A DNA stretch of 64,000 bases from Gemmatimonadaceae bacterium (GTDB lineage Bacteria; Gemmatimonadota; Gemmatimonadetes; Gemmatimonadales; Gemmatimonadaceae), in contig JBHYGA010000001.1 in NCBI GenBank assembly GCA_051859245.1, positions 1,629,722 through 1,693,721 on the forward strand, read 5' to 3'. Both the position numbers and the translations under genes were made by a program. The first letter of the stretch is position 1, and every line of letters begins with the position of its first letter. This document shows positions 43,727 to 54,447 of this stretch, one piece after another. A model generated the notes under the pieces. It saw only the letters and a program-made list of their open reading frames with translations, was not told the DNA's origin and did not search any database.

Positions 43727-46234
43727 ATGCCCCGAGTTCTCGAACTACTTGCGCCGGCCGGCTCGCTTGACGCCGTCCGTGCTGCCGTCGCCAATGGCGC
43801 AGATGCCGTGTATCTCGGGGCCTCCCGATTCAACGCGCGCGATGATGGTGCGCAGCTCTCGATCGAGGAGCTGAAGAAAGCCTGCGCCATTGCACATCAG
43901 CGTGGCACGCGGGTCTACCTCACGTTCAACGTGCTGCTCAAAACGCACGAGTTGCACGAGGCGCTGCAGTATCTGGGCGAGTGCCTTGACGCCGGTATTG
44001 ACGCGGCCATCGTACAAGACCTCGGTGCGGTGCGGCTCATGCGCGAAGTGTATCCGCAACTCGAGGTGCACGGCTCCACGCAAATGACCGTGCATGATCC
44101 GAGCGGCGCACGTGTGATGGAGCAGCTTGGCGTGGAACGTGTGGTGCTCGCGCGCGAGAACACGCTGGCGGATATCCGCGCGATTCGTGATGCCGTGCCC
44201 GCGCTCGGACTGGAAACGTTTGTCCACGGTGCGCTGTGCATTTCGTACTCGGGCCAGTGTTTCATGTCGGGCATGATTTCGGAGCGATCCGCGAATCGCG
44301 GATCGTGTGCCCAGTCATGCCGCAAAGACTATGTGCTCACCGACGAGGCCAATGGCGCCGAGCTGGATCGTGGATACCTGATCTCGGCCAAGGATCTGGC
44401 GGCCCACGATCACCTTGCGGGCATTGCGGACGCTGGTGTGGGCTGCCTGAAAGTGGAAGGTCGCAAGAAGAAGCCCGAATACGTGGCCACGGTCACGCAG
44501 AGTTATCGCACGTGGCTGAATCGTCTCGCCCGAGGTGAGTTTGCACCGCCGCCAAGCGACGAGATTGAGCCGCTCGTACAAATTTTTTCGCGCGGCAACA
44601 CCGGCGGCATGTACGGCGGTCGAGCGGGGCGCGACTACATCACGCGTACGCAACCCGACAATCGCGGCGTCACACTCGGCGTGGTGATTTCGCGAGACGG
44701 CTACGACGTCACCGTTGACGTGCGCTCGCCAATCGCTGACGGTGACGGTCTCGGCTTTGAAGCACCGGTTGATGGTTCGTCGGCCAGCATTGGCTGCACG
44801 GTGAGCGAGGTTCGCACCCTCTACGTGCGCCAAGGCGTGCATCGGCAGACCTTCACCGCACGCGTTCGTGTCGACGCGGGCTGGCGTGTGGTTCGCACCA
44901 GCGACGCGACACTGCTCGCGGAGGCGCGGGAATCGTTTGCGGCCGTCACCGTGCCAGATCGCACGGGTCTCGTTCGCCTCGATATTCGGGCGTTTGGACA
45001 GCCTGGGGCGCCGCTCAAGCTCGTGGTAACCGACGGCACAAACACGGTGACCGTTCGCAGCGACATTCCGCTCGCGCTCGCCAGCAAGCGATCACTTGAT
45101 GTCGCGCAGTTGCGCGAACAACTCGGCCGACTCGGCGAAACACCGTTCGTGCTTGGTGCACTGCAAACAGACGGATTGCAGGACGGATGTTTTCTGCCTG
45201 TCAGCGCGCTGAATCATTTGCGTCAGGAAGCCGTGGCGCAGCTGCTAGAAGCGCGTACATGGGATCAGTCGAGCTCGCAGGCGGAGCGAGATACCGAACT
45301 ACACACCGCGATTGCCTCCGTACATCGTGCCCCGCTCGGCAGCGGTGGTGTACCGCGGCACGCGGATACGGACAACCCGTTCCGCCTCATTGCGACTGTC
45401 TTCACGCTTGAGCAAGCCCGTGAAGCCGCGCACGCCGGCGCCACCGAGATTGTCCTCGACCTCTTTTTGCGTCACCCAACGCCGCCGGTTACGCGCGTTC
45501 GTGCACTGCACGAGGAGCTCACGGCGCGCGGGATCGTGATGCGGTTGCGCACGCCAACGATCGTGCGCCCGGATGATCGCAAGCGTCTCGACAAGTGGCT
45601 GGCACTCGAGCTCCCGGTGTTAACCGGACATCTCGGTTTGATCGCTGAACTGTCGGCACGCGGCGTTGATGTTGTTGGCGACTATGCACTCAATGTGTTT
45701 AATCCACACACGGCCGACATCATGTTCGGTCTGGGTGCGAAAAGACTCACCACGAGCGTTGAACTCACCACAGAAGAAATCGGCGCGCTCACGGCCCCGT
45801 GGGAAGGTGCTGGTTTTGACGTGCTCGTGTGGGGCCGTCCGGAAGGCATGACGATCGAACACTGCGTGCTGTCCGCCGCATTTGATCGCGAACCCACCAC
45901 GTGTCGTGATTTGTGCGTGCAGAAACACACGAACGTCACGCTTACAGACCCCACGGGCTATGCGTTTCCGGTGGCCACCGATAGCGACTGTCGAAATCGA
46001 CTGCTGCATTCTCGTCCGATTGATGCGTCCGAGTTTGTGCCCACGCTCTGGGAACAGGGTGTGCGAGGCTTTCAGCTCGTGTTCAACATGCCCGGCGATC
46101 CGGTCGCGGACGTCATTGCGGCGTATCGCAGCGTGCTTGATGCACAGTCGAGCGGCGATACACCCGATCTGTCGCTGCCGCGATCACTTGTCCGCAATGC
46201 GTTCACGCGCGGACATTTTGCACGGGCTGTCTAA
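43727..46234 (+). CDS. U32-family protein with DUF3656 (RlhA-like rRNA hydroxylase)
   Basis: ELLAPAG, ETFVHGALCISYSGQC, SANRGSCAQSCR, LKVEGR and EQLGRLGETPF motifs. Confidence 0.88.
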   Translation: MPRVLELLAPAGSLDAVRAAVANGADAVYLGASRFNARDDGAQLSIEELKKACAIAHQRGTRVYLTFNVLLKTHELHEALQYLGECLDAGIDAAIVQDLGAVRLMREVYPQLEVHGSTQMTVHDPSGARVMEQLGVERVVLARENTLADIRAIRDAVPALGLETFVHGALCISYSGQCFMSGMISERSANRGSCAQSCRKDYVLTDEANGAELDRGYLISAKDLAAHDHLAGIADAGVGCLKVEGRKKKPEYVATVTQSYRTWLNRLARGEFAPPPSDEIEPLVQIFSRGNTGGMYGGRAGRDYITRTQPDNRGVTLGVVISRDGYDVTVDVRSPIADGDGLGFEAPVDGSSASIGCTVSEVRTLYVRQGVHRQTFTARVRVDAGWRVVRTSDATLLAEARESFAAVTVPDRTGLVRLDIRAFGQPGAPLKLVVTDGTNTVTVRSDIPLALASKRSLDVAQLREQLGRLGETPFVLGALQTDGLQDGCFLPVSALNHLRQEAVAQLLEARTWDQSSSQAERDTELHTAIASVHRAPLGSGGVPRHADTDNPFRLIATVFTLEQAREAAHAGATEIVLDLFLRHPTPPVTRVRALHEELTARGIVMRLRTPTIVRPDDRKRLDKWLALELPVLTGHLGLIAELSARGVDVVGDYALNVFNPHTADIMFGLGAKRLTTSVELTTEEIGALTAPWEGAGFDVLVWGRPEGMTIEHCVLSAAFDREPTTCRDLCVQKHTNVTLTDPTGYAFPVATDSDCRNRLLHSRPIDASEFVPTLWEQGVRGFQLVFNMPGDPVADVIAAYRSVLDAQSSGDTPDLSLPRSLVRNAFTRGHFARAV

Positions 46235-46282
46235 CGCGGGCGCCCCGGCTCGGCGTGCCTGAACCCACCTTCGAACCGCACC

Positions 46283-47461
46283 ATGCTGCACGCATTCGCT
46301 CGCACCCGGTACGCCATTGTTGTTGCCACGCTCGCTCTTGCAGCCTGTGACGGGAAGCAACCGGAATCGGCACCCAGTTCCGTGCGAACAGATTCAGCGG
46401 GTGTGAATATCGTGACCGGGCCGGCGGCTGATCAGCCAGTGGACTTCACGATGCGCGAGGTGTTCCGCATCGGTGGCAATGATTCCGGTCCAGGCAGTTT
46501 CTTTGCCGCGCACCCTTCGTTGGTTGGTACGGATGACGCAGGCCGTATCTACGTGCTGGATACGAGACAGCATCGCGTTGAGGTGTTCGATAGCGCAGGG
46601 AATCACGTGCGCATGATCGGACAGCGCGGCGGCGGCCCGGGCGAGATTCAGGACGCCTCGCAGCTGTACGTGCTCCCGAACGGGTCGATTGGCGTATCGG
46701 ACTATGGCAAGCGTGCCGTTGTCCGTTGGGCGTCTGACGGTTCGGTGTTGCCGGAGTTCGCACTGAGCTTCTTTCCCTCGGATCCTTTGCTGTTTTCCGG
46801 TGACACCCTCGTCTACGTGCACGAGGACTTCAATGAGCAGGAACGTGCGCAGGTGCTGCGTATTGCCAACCCGCGTGACACCGTGAGCATGACCGCGCTC
46901 ACGCGCGCGACCACCGGCATGATCATGTTCAGCTGCATTGGCCTCAACGTGCCACCAATGTTCTCATCGAGTGTGGTATGGTCTGGCAATGCCGATCGCC
47001 TCGCGTCCACACGACAAGCACCGTACGTGATCGATGTGTTTGAGCGTGGACGATTGGTGCGCAGCGTTCGTCGTCCGATCCCCACGCAAGCGCCAACCGT
47101 AAACGATGTGAATCGACTGCATCCCGAGGGCATGAAGATCGGGTTCAACGGCGGTGAGTGCGTTGTGCCGGCGGCAGAGCTGTTCGCCAAACAGGGCGTG
47201 GCGGAGCAGCTTCCTCTGGTCGAGACATTGAAGTTTGATCGGCAGGGGCGTTTGTGGGTGCAGCGCTTTGGCATTCGTGACGAGCCGCGTAACGTCGACA
47301 TCTTCGATCGCGACGGTGGCTACCTGGGCACGCTCGTAGGCAAACCAGCGCCGTTGGGATTTGTGGGCGATGACATCGCGCTCTTTCCGGAGGTGGACGA
47401 ACTCTCGGGCGTCGCGCGAATCGTGGCGTATCGACTTTCGCCAATACGCGCGCCGAATTGA
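46283..47461 (+). CDS. 6-bladed beta-propeller (NHL-like) lipoprotein
   Basis: Lipobox LAA-C; GRIYVLD, GQRGGGPGE, DRQGRLWV and DIFDRDGGYLG segments. Confidence 0.8.
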   Translation: MLHAFARTRYAIVVATLALAACDGKQPESAPSSVRTDSAGVNIVTGPAADQPVDFTMREVFRIGGNDSGPGSFFAAHPSLVGTDDAGRIYVLDTRQHRVEVFDSAGNHVRMIGQRGGGPGEIQDASQLYVLPNGSIGVSDYGKRAVVRWASDGSVLPEFALSFFPSDPLLFSGDTLVYVHEDFNEQERAQVLRIANPRDTVSMTALTRATTGMIMFSCIGLNVPPMFSSSVVWSGNADRLASTRQAPYVIDVFERGRLVRSVRRPIPTQAPTVNDVNRLHPEGMKIGFNGGECVVPAAELFAKQGVAEQLPLVETLKFDRQGRLWVQRFGIRDEPRNVDIFDRDGGYLGTLVGKPAPLGFVGDDIALFPEVDELSGVARIVAYRLSPIRAPN

Positions 47462-47497
47462 TGTCGCATGCCGACTGACGTACCGCTAGCATGCGGT

Positions 47498-49252
47498 ATG
47501 CCGGTACCGCAACGCACGCACCTAAGCAGCCCTGCACTCGAAGTCGCGCGCCAAATGCTTGAGCGTCGCTTCGGGTACCCGGATTTTCGCAAGCCGCAGA
47601 AGCCCGCCATCCAGGCGATTCTCGACGGGCGCGACACGCTGGTGGTATTGCCAACCGGTGGCGGCAAGTCGTTGTGTTATCAGGTGCCGGCGCTGGTGCG
47701 AGGCGGACTCACAGTGGTCGTCTCTCCGCTGATCTCGCTCATGAAAGATCAGGTTGATGCGCTGGAGAAACGAGGCGTCGCCGCCGCGTTCATCAACAGT
47801 ACGCTTGGTGCAAGCGCCGTTGCCGATCGCCTCACGCGCGCACAGCGCGGCGAACTCACGCTGCTGTACCTCGCGCCGGAGCGCATCGAGGCCGGTCGTA
47901 CGGTCGATCGTTTGCGCGATATTGGCGTAGCGTTGCTGGCCGTCGACGAAGCCCATTGCATCAGCGAATGGGGACACGACTTTCGACCGAGTTATCGGCG
48001 CATCGGTCGCATTCGCCATGAGTTGGGCAACCCGCAAACTGTGGCGCTCACCGCCACCGCGACGCCCTCCGTCCGCGATGACATTGTGCGGCAGCTGCAG
48101 CTGCGCGATGCCGTCGTCGTGGTGGGTGGATTTGATCGCACCAACCTGTCATACAGCGTGTTGCCCACACGCTCGCAAGATGACAAGGACAAAGCCACCG
48201 TCGCGGCCATTCGCGAACACGCGGGCGCCGCCATCGTGTATGCGCCCACGCGCAAAGCCGTGGAGCGCGTTACGCATGTGCTCACACGTGCTCGGGTTGG
48301 CGCGGTGGCGTATCACGCTGGACTTGATGAAACACATCGTCGCCGCGCGCAGGACGCCTTCATGGGTGAAGGCACCCGCGTGATCGTTGCAACCAGCGCA
48401 TTTGGCATGGGCATCGACAAACCCGATGTCCGACTGGTGGTGCATCACGCGATGCCTGGCTCGCTCGAAGCGTATTACCAGGAAGCAGGTCGCGCCGGCC
48501 GAGACGGCAAAGATTCCGTGTGCATTCTGTTGCACGCGTATCCGGATCGTTTCACGCACGAACACTTCATTGAATCGGCGCACGCACCGCGGGCCGCCGT
48601 TGAACGTGTGTGGCGAACGCTGCGAGACCTCGCCGACCGCGATGGGTTCGCCGCACTTTCGTTGGAAGCGCTGCAGTCGCGCGTTCCGAAAGGCGTGAAC
48701 GAACGACACGTGGCGGCTTCGGTGCGCGTGCTCGCGCAGCAGGGCTGTCTTGTGGTTGAATCGCCCGCGCTCAATCGGGTGGTCGTGCGACTGATCGCGA
48801 CACCGGAGCGCATCGCCACGGAGCTGGATGGCGATCGATCCTTTGATCGAGAAGTGCTTCGATCGCTGTGGAGAGCCGTTGGGCCGCGCATTCAGGACGG
48901 CGCGTCCATCGACCTCGACGGCTTGCCACCAGGGCTTGGCGGATCCGTCGGTGTGATGCCGGTATTGGAACGCTTGCAGTCCGAACAGTTCGTCACCTTC
49001 ACACGGTGCGGCGGGGGATTCCGGCTCACCGGTGAAGCCATCGTCGAAAATCGTCTCCCCGTGGACTGGGACCAGCTGGCCACCCGTCGCGCTACTGATA
49101 TGGATCGGCTCGACGCGATGCAGCAGTACGCGCAGACACGTGCTTGCCGCCGGGCGTTTGTGCTCCGATACTTCGGCGACCCCGATGTGCGTTCCCAATG
49201 CGGCGCGTGTGATCGATGCGTCAACTTGCTTCTCCCGTCACGCACCAGATGA
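47498..49252 (+). CDS. RecQ-family ATP-dependent DNA helicase
   Basis: LPTGGGKSLCYQ, DEAHCISEWGHDFRP, YYQEAGRAGRDG and the Zn motif CRR...CGACDRC; start may be 47468. Confidence 0.94.
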   Translation: MPVPQRTHLSSPALEVARQMLERRFGYPDFRKPQKPAIQAILDGRDTLVVLPTGGGKSLCYQVPALVRGGLTVVVSPLISLMKDQVDALEKRGVAAAFINSTLGASAVADRLTRAQRGELTLLYLAPERIEAGRTVDRLRDIGVALLAVDEAHCISEWGHDFRPSYRRIGRIRHELGNPQTVALTATATPSVRDDIVRQLQLRDAVVVVGGFDRTNLSYSVLPTRSQDDKDKATVAAIREHAGAAIVYAPTRKAVERVTHVLTRARVGAVAYHAGLDETHRRRAQDAFMGEGTRVIVATSAFGMGIDKPDVRLVVHHAMPGSLEAYYQEAGRAGRDGKDSVCILLHAYPDRFTHEHFIESAHAPRAAVERVWRTLRDLADRDGFAALSLEALQSRVPKGVNERHVAASVRVLAQQGCLVVESPALNRVVVRLIATPERIATELDGDRSFDREVLRSLWRAVGPRIQDGASIDLDGLPPGLGGSVGVMPVLERLQSEQFVTFTRCGGGFRLTGEAIVENRLPVDWDQLATRRATDMDRLDAMQQYAQTRACRRAFVLRYFGDPDVRSQCGACDRCVNLLLPSRTR

Positions 49253-51039
49253 TCCTGCGGCCAATCGCACAAAAAGTTGTGAGCGCAACGCGTAGCCTGA
49301 TCGGTGCTGCCGCGCTGCTCGCAATCGCCAGCTCGTGCAACACACGCGATCCGGAAAGCGCCGATATCATTCTGCTCAACGGTCACGTGTACACCATGAC
49401 GTGGCCAGACCCCGATGTGAATGGGGTACCGGATGATCGCGCACCGTTCAGCGACGGCAAGTGGCGCCCAGACGCTACCGCCATCGCGATTCGCGGCGAC
49501 CGCATCATGTGGGTGGGTCGCGACGATGGTGCGCTGTCGTGGCGCGGCGCCGCAACGCGACTCATCGACCTGCAGGGCGCGACGGTGCTGCCCGGGCTTC
49601 ATGATTCACACGGCCACGTGGGCGAACTCGGCGCCGCGCTCGCGAAAGTCAATTTGATTGGCGTCCGCACGCCGGCTGAGGCGGTGGCACGCGTGCGCGC
49701 GGTGGCCGATACCGCGCCGCCGGGCACGTGGATCCTGGGGCAGGGATGGGACGAGGGCGCGTGGGCCGACCGATATCCTCCCGCCGGCATGCTCACGCGC
49801 GCTTTCCCGGAACATCTCGTGTATTTGCGCAGCTTGCACGGGTTCGCCGGATGGGCCAACGACTCCGTGCTGGCGCGCGCCGGCATCACGGATTCCACAC
49901 CAGACCCAGTCGGTGGAATTATTCAGCGTTCGCGTGAAGGGGTTGCGAGCGGCATCGTACTCAATCGTGCGGTGGCGTTGATTGACGCGGTCGTTCCGCC
50001 GCTCACTGTCAATCAAGCGGCATCGAACATCACGCGCGCGCTCGATTCGCTGGCCCGGGCCGGCTACACCATGGTACACGATGCTGGTGTCGATGCGCTG
50101 CATCTGCAGGCGTACCAGGAACTCGCGAGCGCCGATGCGCTTCCGATTCGAGTGTACGCCATGCTTTCCGCGCGTGACACTGCACTCGCGCGGCTCTGGA
50201 CCGGTCGCGGACCAGACACGTCAACGGCGCAGAAGCTGACCATTCGCAGCGTCAAGGCGTACTACGATGGCGCGCTTGGATCGCGTGGCGCGCGGTTGCT
50301 CGACGACTACGCAGATCAGCCCGGACATCGCGGTGTCAGCGGATCGGCCTACGCGTTCGACACGACCGTGGTCGCGGCGCTCATGCGCGCCGGATTTCAG
50401 GCGTCAATACACGCCATCGGCGACGCCGGCAATCGGGAAACCATCGACTTTCTTGAACGCATCACGCAAAACGCGTCAAGTACACGATCACTTCGGCATC
50501 GTGTTGAACACGCACAAGTGCTCACGCCAACCGATGCGCGGCGGATGAATGAGTTGCAACTCATTGCCTCCATGCAACCACCGCACGCCGTAGAAGACAT
50601 GTCGTTCGCCGAAAAGCGACTCGGCCGCACCCGCGTACTCGGCGCATACGCATGGCGCACGCTGCGTCGCGCTGGCGCACGGCTTACGTTCGGCAGCGAC
50701 TTTCCGGGTTCAGGCATCTCCCCATGGTATGGGTTTTATGCTGCCACAACGAGACAGGATACCGCCGCAAAATCCGACGCCACGATCGTTCCTGCCGAAC
50801 GGCTGAGCGTCGAAGAGACGATTCGCGGGTATAGTATCTGGGCCGCGTACGCCACCTTCAACGAACGATCGTCGGGCAGCATTGTAGCCGGTCGGTGGGC
50901 GGATCTGACCATCCTGAATCGCGACCCGTTTTTGTCGCCGCCCGGTCGAGAGTGGCTCGACAGTGGCGCGCAGTACACCATCGTGGGTGGAAAAATTGTG
51001 TTTGCAGCAACCGCTGCGCCATCCGCGCCCGCTCGCTAG
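49249..51039 (+). CDS. Amidohydrolase (Amidohydro_3/YtcJ-like), probable lipoprotein
   Basis: [29 protein letters not shown] and GSDFP motifs. Confidence 0.9.
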   Translation: MILRPIAQKVVSATRSLIGAAALLAIASSCNTRDPESADIILLNGHVYTMTWPDPDVNGVPDDRAPFSDGKWRPDATAIAIRGDRIMWVGRDDGALSWRGAATRLIDLQGATVLPGLHDSHGHVGELGAALAKVNLIGVRTPAEAVARVRAVADTAPPGTWILGQGWDEGAWADRYPPAGMLTRAFPEHLVYLRSLHGFAGWANDSVLARAGITDSTPDPVGGIIQRSREGVASGIVLNRAVALIDAVVPPLTVNQAASNITRALDSLARAGYTMVHDAGVDALHLQAYQELASADALPIRVYAMLSARDTALARLWTGRGPDTSTAQKLTIRSVKAYYDGALGSRGARLLDDYADQPGHRGVSGSAYAFDTTVVAALMRAGFQASIHAIGDAGNRETIDFLERITQNASSTRSLRHRVEHAQVLTPTDARRMNELQLIASMQPPHAVEDMSFAEKRLGRTRVLGAYAWRTLRRAGARLTFGSDFPGSGISPWYGFYAATTRQDTAAKSDATIVPAERLSVEETIRGYSIWAAYATFNERSSGSIVAGRWADLTILNRDPFLSPPGREWLDSGAQYTIVGGKIVFAATAAPSAPAR

Positions 51040-51049
51040 GTTCCGGCCC

Positions 51050-52267
51050 ATGGATGACTCCCTTTACTTCTCAGATTCTCACCTTGCCGTGCGCGAGATG
51101 GTTCGCGCCTTCGCGCAAGAACAGGTAGCGCCGGTCGCGGCGCGTCACGACGCTGATTCCACGTTCCCGTGGGAGAATGTCAAACGCATGGGCGAGCTTG
51201 GCTTGCTCGGCATCCCATGGGCCGAAGAACTCGGTGGTGCCGGATTTGATACTATCGCGTTCATGATTGCGATTGAAGAATTGGCGCGCGTGGATGCGTC
51301 ACACAGCATCACGATCTCCGCGCACACCACACTCGGAACCTCGCCGATTGTCTACTTCGGCACACCGGAACAGCAGCAGAAATACGTCCCGCTACTGGCC
51401 AGCGGCAAAGTGCTCGGCGGTTTTGGCCTCACGGAAGAATCAGCCGGTAGTGATGCAGGTGGCACACGCACCACGGCCGTGAAAAAGAACGGGCACTATG
51501 TGCTCAACGGATCAAAGCGATTCATCACGCACGCCGGCGTGGGTGAAATCTTTGTGGTCACCGCCGTCACGGATCCCGAGAAGGGATCCAAAGGCATCTC
51601 GTCGTTCATTCTCACGAAGGACACCTGCGATCTCGACGCCTGCCGCACCCTCGGGATGGGGCACGACGAGACGCTGCCGAAAATGTCCGGTTTCACCTCG
51701 GGCAAGAAGGAAGACAAGCTTGGCTGGCGCGCGTCGGACACACGCGAGCTGTTGTTTGACAACGTGGAAGTGCCGGCGGAAAATCTGCTGGGCACTGAAG
51801 GGCTGGGCTTCATCAACTTCATGAAGACGCTCGACGCCGGCCGCATCGGTATTGCCGCGCTCTCCATTGGCATCGCGCAGGGCGCGCTGGATCAGGCGCT
51901 GCAGTATGCGTCCGTGCGCAAGCAGTTTGGCCAGCCGATCGCGTCGTTTCAGGGCATTCAGTTTCAGCTGTCCGATATGGCCACGGAGCTCGAGGCCGGC
52001 CGTCATCTCGTGTACCACGCGGCCTGGCTCTCGCAGAACGGCAAGCCGTTCGGCAAAGAGGCAGCCATGGCCAAGTTGTTCTGCTCCGAGCTCGCCATGC
52101 GCGCGACCATCAAGGCCGTGCAGGTCCACGGTGGCTACGGCTACACCAAGGATTATCCGGTGGAGCGCTACATGCGTGACGCCAAGATTGGCGAAATCGG
52201 AGAAGGCACCAGCGAAATTCAGCGCATTGTCATTGCGCGACACCTGCTCAAGGAACTGGCGGGCTGA
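51050..52267 (+). CDS. Acyl-CoA dehydrogenase (short/branched-chain type)
   Basis: [31 protein letters not shown] and [10 protein letters not shown] motifs. Confidence 0.95.
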   Translation: MDDSLYFSDSHLAVREMVRAFAQEQVAPVAARHDADSTFPWENVKRMGELGLLGIPWAEELGGAGFDTIAFMIAIEELARVDASHSITISAHTTLGTSPIVYFGTPEQQQKYVPLLASGKVLGGFGLTEESAGSDAGGTRTTAVKKNGHYVLNGSKRFITHAGVGEIFVVTAVTDPEKGSKGISSFILTKDTCDLDACRTLGMGHDETLPKMSGFTSGKKEDKLGWRASDTRELLFDNVEVPAENLLGTEGLGFINFMKTLDAGRIGIAALSIGIAQGALDQALQYASVRKQFGQPIASFQGIQFQLSDMATELEAGRHLVYHAAWLSQNGKPFGKEAAMAKLFCSELAMRATIKAVQVHGGYGYTKDYPVERYMRDAKIGEIGEGTSEIQRIVIARHLLKELAG

Positions 52268-52727
52268 CGCTGCGTACCATACCTTACATGGTCCATCGGC
52301 TCGGTCATGGTGACCGGGCCGATGTGCTATCGGTCCCGAAGGCTCGCGCGACTCGCGGGCCCTCGTTGTTTCGACGGGAGTCGTTCGAGCCAGCGCGCAG
52401 CAAACGTCACCGTCGCACACCCCACAGCGCGTCCAGTGCAAGCATTGCGATCGCACGTTGTCACGTTCCTCACCGGTCCTCGTCGCCCCTGGCGCGCTGC
52501 ACAAGCGTCTGCCGCGGGAGAGTACGTCGCGCGTCCTTCGGGATCGCGTGGCCGCTCCGAGTGCCCGGTCGTGACCTGCGTGGACGATCGCGCGCCGTTG
52601 GCGGAGAGACCAAGTGCGTTCTCAGGCGTGGCGTATTCGGCGCCCCTGAACAGTACCTCGCCCTTTGCCCAACGTCAGGTTCGGGCGTGCGCGGAGTCGC
52701 CGCGCCCCCGACCGACGTGGACCCTCG

Positions 52728-54275
52728 ATGAAACGCGAGATTCTTGTCAACGCGAACCCACGGGAAACCCGGGTCGCAATCCTCGAGGACGACCTCCTCG
52801 TTGAACTGCTGGTCGACCGGCCCGATGCTCGGCGCATGGTTGGCGATGTCTACCTTGGCAAGGTCGAGGCGGTGCTCCCTGGTATTCAGGCCGCCTTCGT
52901 AAACATTGGAACGGATAAGGCCGCGTTTCTTCACGCGTCCGACATTGTCGTCCCCGACGATGACGCCGATCCGGACGATGACGATGAAGAAGATGACGCG
53001 CCCAGCGGTGGACGTCGTCCCAAAAAAGAACTGCCCCCGATTCAGGACGTGCTGAAGCGGGGACAAGACATCATCGTCCAGGTCTCCAAGGAACCGATCA
53101 GTACCAAGGGGCCGCGCGTTACCGCGCAGGTTTCGCTTGCCGGTCGCTTTCTCGTGTACATGCCATTCGCGAGCCGAGTCGGCGTGAGCCGGAAGATCAG
53201 TGAACGCAGTGAGCGGCAGCGGTTGCGGCAAATGCTCACGGAAATGTTGCCCGCCGATTCGGGCGGCGTCATTGTGCGCACGGTCAGTGAAGACGCTACG
53301 CCGGAAGTGTTTGAGCGCGAGTTGAACTCGCTCATTCAGGCGTGGAAACGCATCAAGCGCAAGAATCAGTTCTTGCGCGCGCCGGCGCTGATTCACCGTG
53401 AAACGAACGTCACGCGCGGCCTCGTGCGCGATGTCTTCTCGAGCAAGGTTGACGCCCTGACCGTCGACTCGCGTCAGGTGTTCAACGAGATCGTGGAGTA
53501 CCTCGGCGGTATCGCGCCCGATCTGGTGGATCGCGTGCGCATGTACGAAGAGCCGGTGCCGTTGTTCGACAAGTTCGACGTTGAAAAAGAGATTCGGGAT
53601 CTCTTCAAGCGGCGTTGTGATCTGCCAAGCGGTGGCTATCTCATTATCGAACAAACCGAAGCGCTCGTTTCCATTGACGTGAACTCGGGTCGCTACACGG
53701 GCAAGAAGGATCCCGAAAAAACGATCTACCGCACCAACAGCGAATCGGCCAAGGAAATCGCGCGTCAGCTCCGTCTGCGTGATGTGGGCGGCATCATTGT
53801 GTGCGACTTCATCGACATGGAGACGCAGGCAAATCGGGATCGTGTGTTGCAGGAATTGCGCACGCATCTCGGACGCGACCGCGCACGCACCAAAGCGTTT
53901 GCCGTGAGCGAGCTCGGCTTGATTGAAATGACACGTCAGCGCGTGCGTCAAAGTCACTGGCAGAGCATGACGGAGTCGTGCCCCACGTGCGCCGGCACCG
54001 GACGCGTGTTCACGCCCGAAACGATTGTGCGGCGGCTGGAGCGAGCGGTCACCCGAATGGGCGCCGAAGGCCGTAAGGAAGCCATGCTGCTGCGGATGCA
54101 TCCGGATATTGCGCTCCACGTGCTGGAAGAGGAGCGCGACCTGCTCAAGCGCCTGGAAAAGGTGGCCGGTTTCTCAGTAGAAATGCGGGACGACCCGCTG
54201 CTCAAGCCCGACGAGTACCGTCTGGTCGTCAAGGGCGCGGAGCGTGATGTGACCCAGCAGTACGCGTTGGCTTAG
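52728..54275 (+). CDS. Ribonuclease E/G family (RNase G-sized)
   Basis: S1 domain (GDVYLGKVEAVLPGIQAAFV), SIDVNSG, QLRLRDVGGIIVCDFIDM and CPTCAGTG motifs. Confidence 0.95.
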   Translation: MKREILVNANPRETRVAILEDDLLVELLVDRPDARRMVGDVYLGKVEAVLPGIQAAFVNIGTDKAAFLHASDIVVPDDDADPDDDDEEDDAPSGGRRPKKELPPIQDVLKRGQDIIVQVSKEPISTKGPRVTAQVSLAGRFLVYMPFASRVGVSRKISERSERQRLRQMLTEMLPADSGGVIVRTVSEDATPEVFERELNSLIQAWKRIKRKNQFLRAPALIHRETNVTRGLVRDVFSSKVDALTVDSRQVFNEIVEYLGGIAPDLVDRVRMYEEPVPLFDKFDVEKEIRDLFKRRCDLPSGGYLIIEQTEALVSIDVNSGRYTGKKDPEKTIYRTNSESAKEIARQLRLRDVGGIIVCDFIDMETQANRDRVLQELRTHLGRDRARTKAFAVSELGLIEMTRQRVRQSHWQSMTESCPTCAGTGRVFTPETIVRRLERAVTRMGAEGRKEAMLLRMHPDIALHVLEEERDLLKRLEKVAGFSVEMRDDPLLKPDEYRLVVKGAERDVTQQYALA

Positions 54276-54318
54276 GTGACGCGCGTGGCCGCCTTAGGCC
54301 ACAAGCAGTTAGGCCACG

Positions 54319-54347
54319 TTGACAGGCGCCAGAAGTCGGGATAAGTT
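54319..54347 (+). promoter_or_regulatory. Predicted sigma70 promoter of rplU-rpmA
   Basis: TTGACA (54319-54324), 17 bp spacer, TAAGTT (54342-54347). Confidence 0.75.
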
Positions 54348-54447
54348 TCTGGGCTTGATATGGGCGCCGTCCGACTTTGCTCGGCGCCCCCTTACAGGGG
54401 TGCCTCGGCTTCGGGGCGCGATGCCCTCACGACAGTCTTTGAGTCCT

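Noticed and set aside
47440..47497. Single CCGAA upstream of the recQ-like gene as a possible SOS box
   Set aside because: No second repeat at 11 bp spacing
52470..54119. 549 aa minus-strand ORF, and similar long antisense ORFs opposite trpB, aspS, the mutase, atuA and recQ
   Set aside because: Mirror frames of well-supported genes caused by codon bias; no domain signatures
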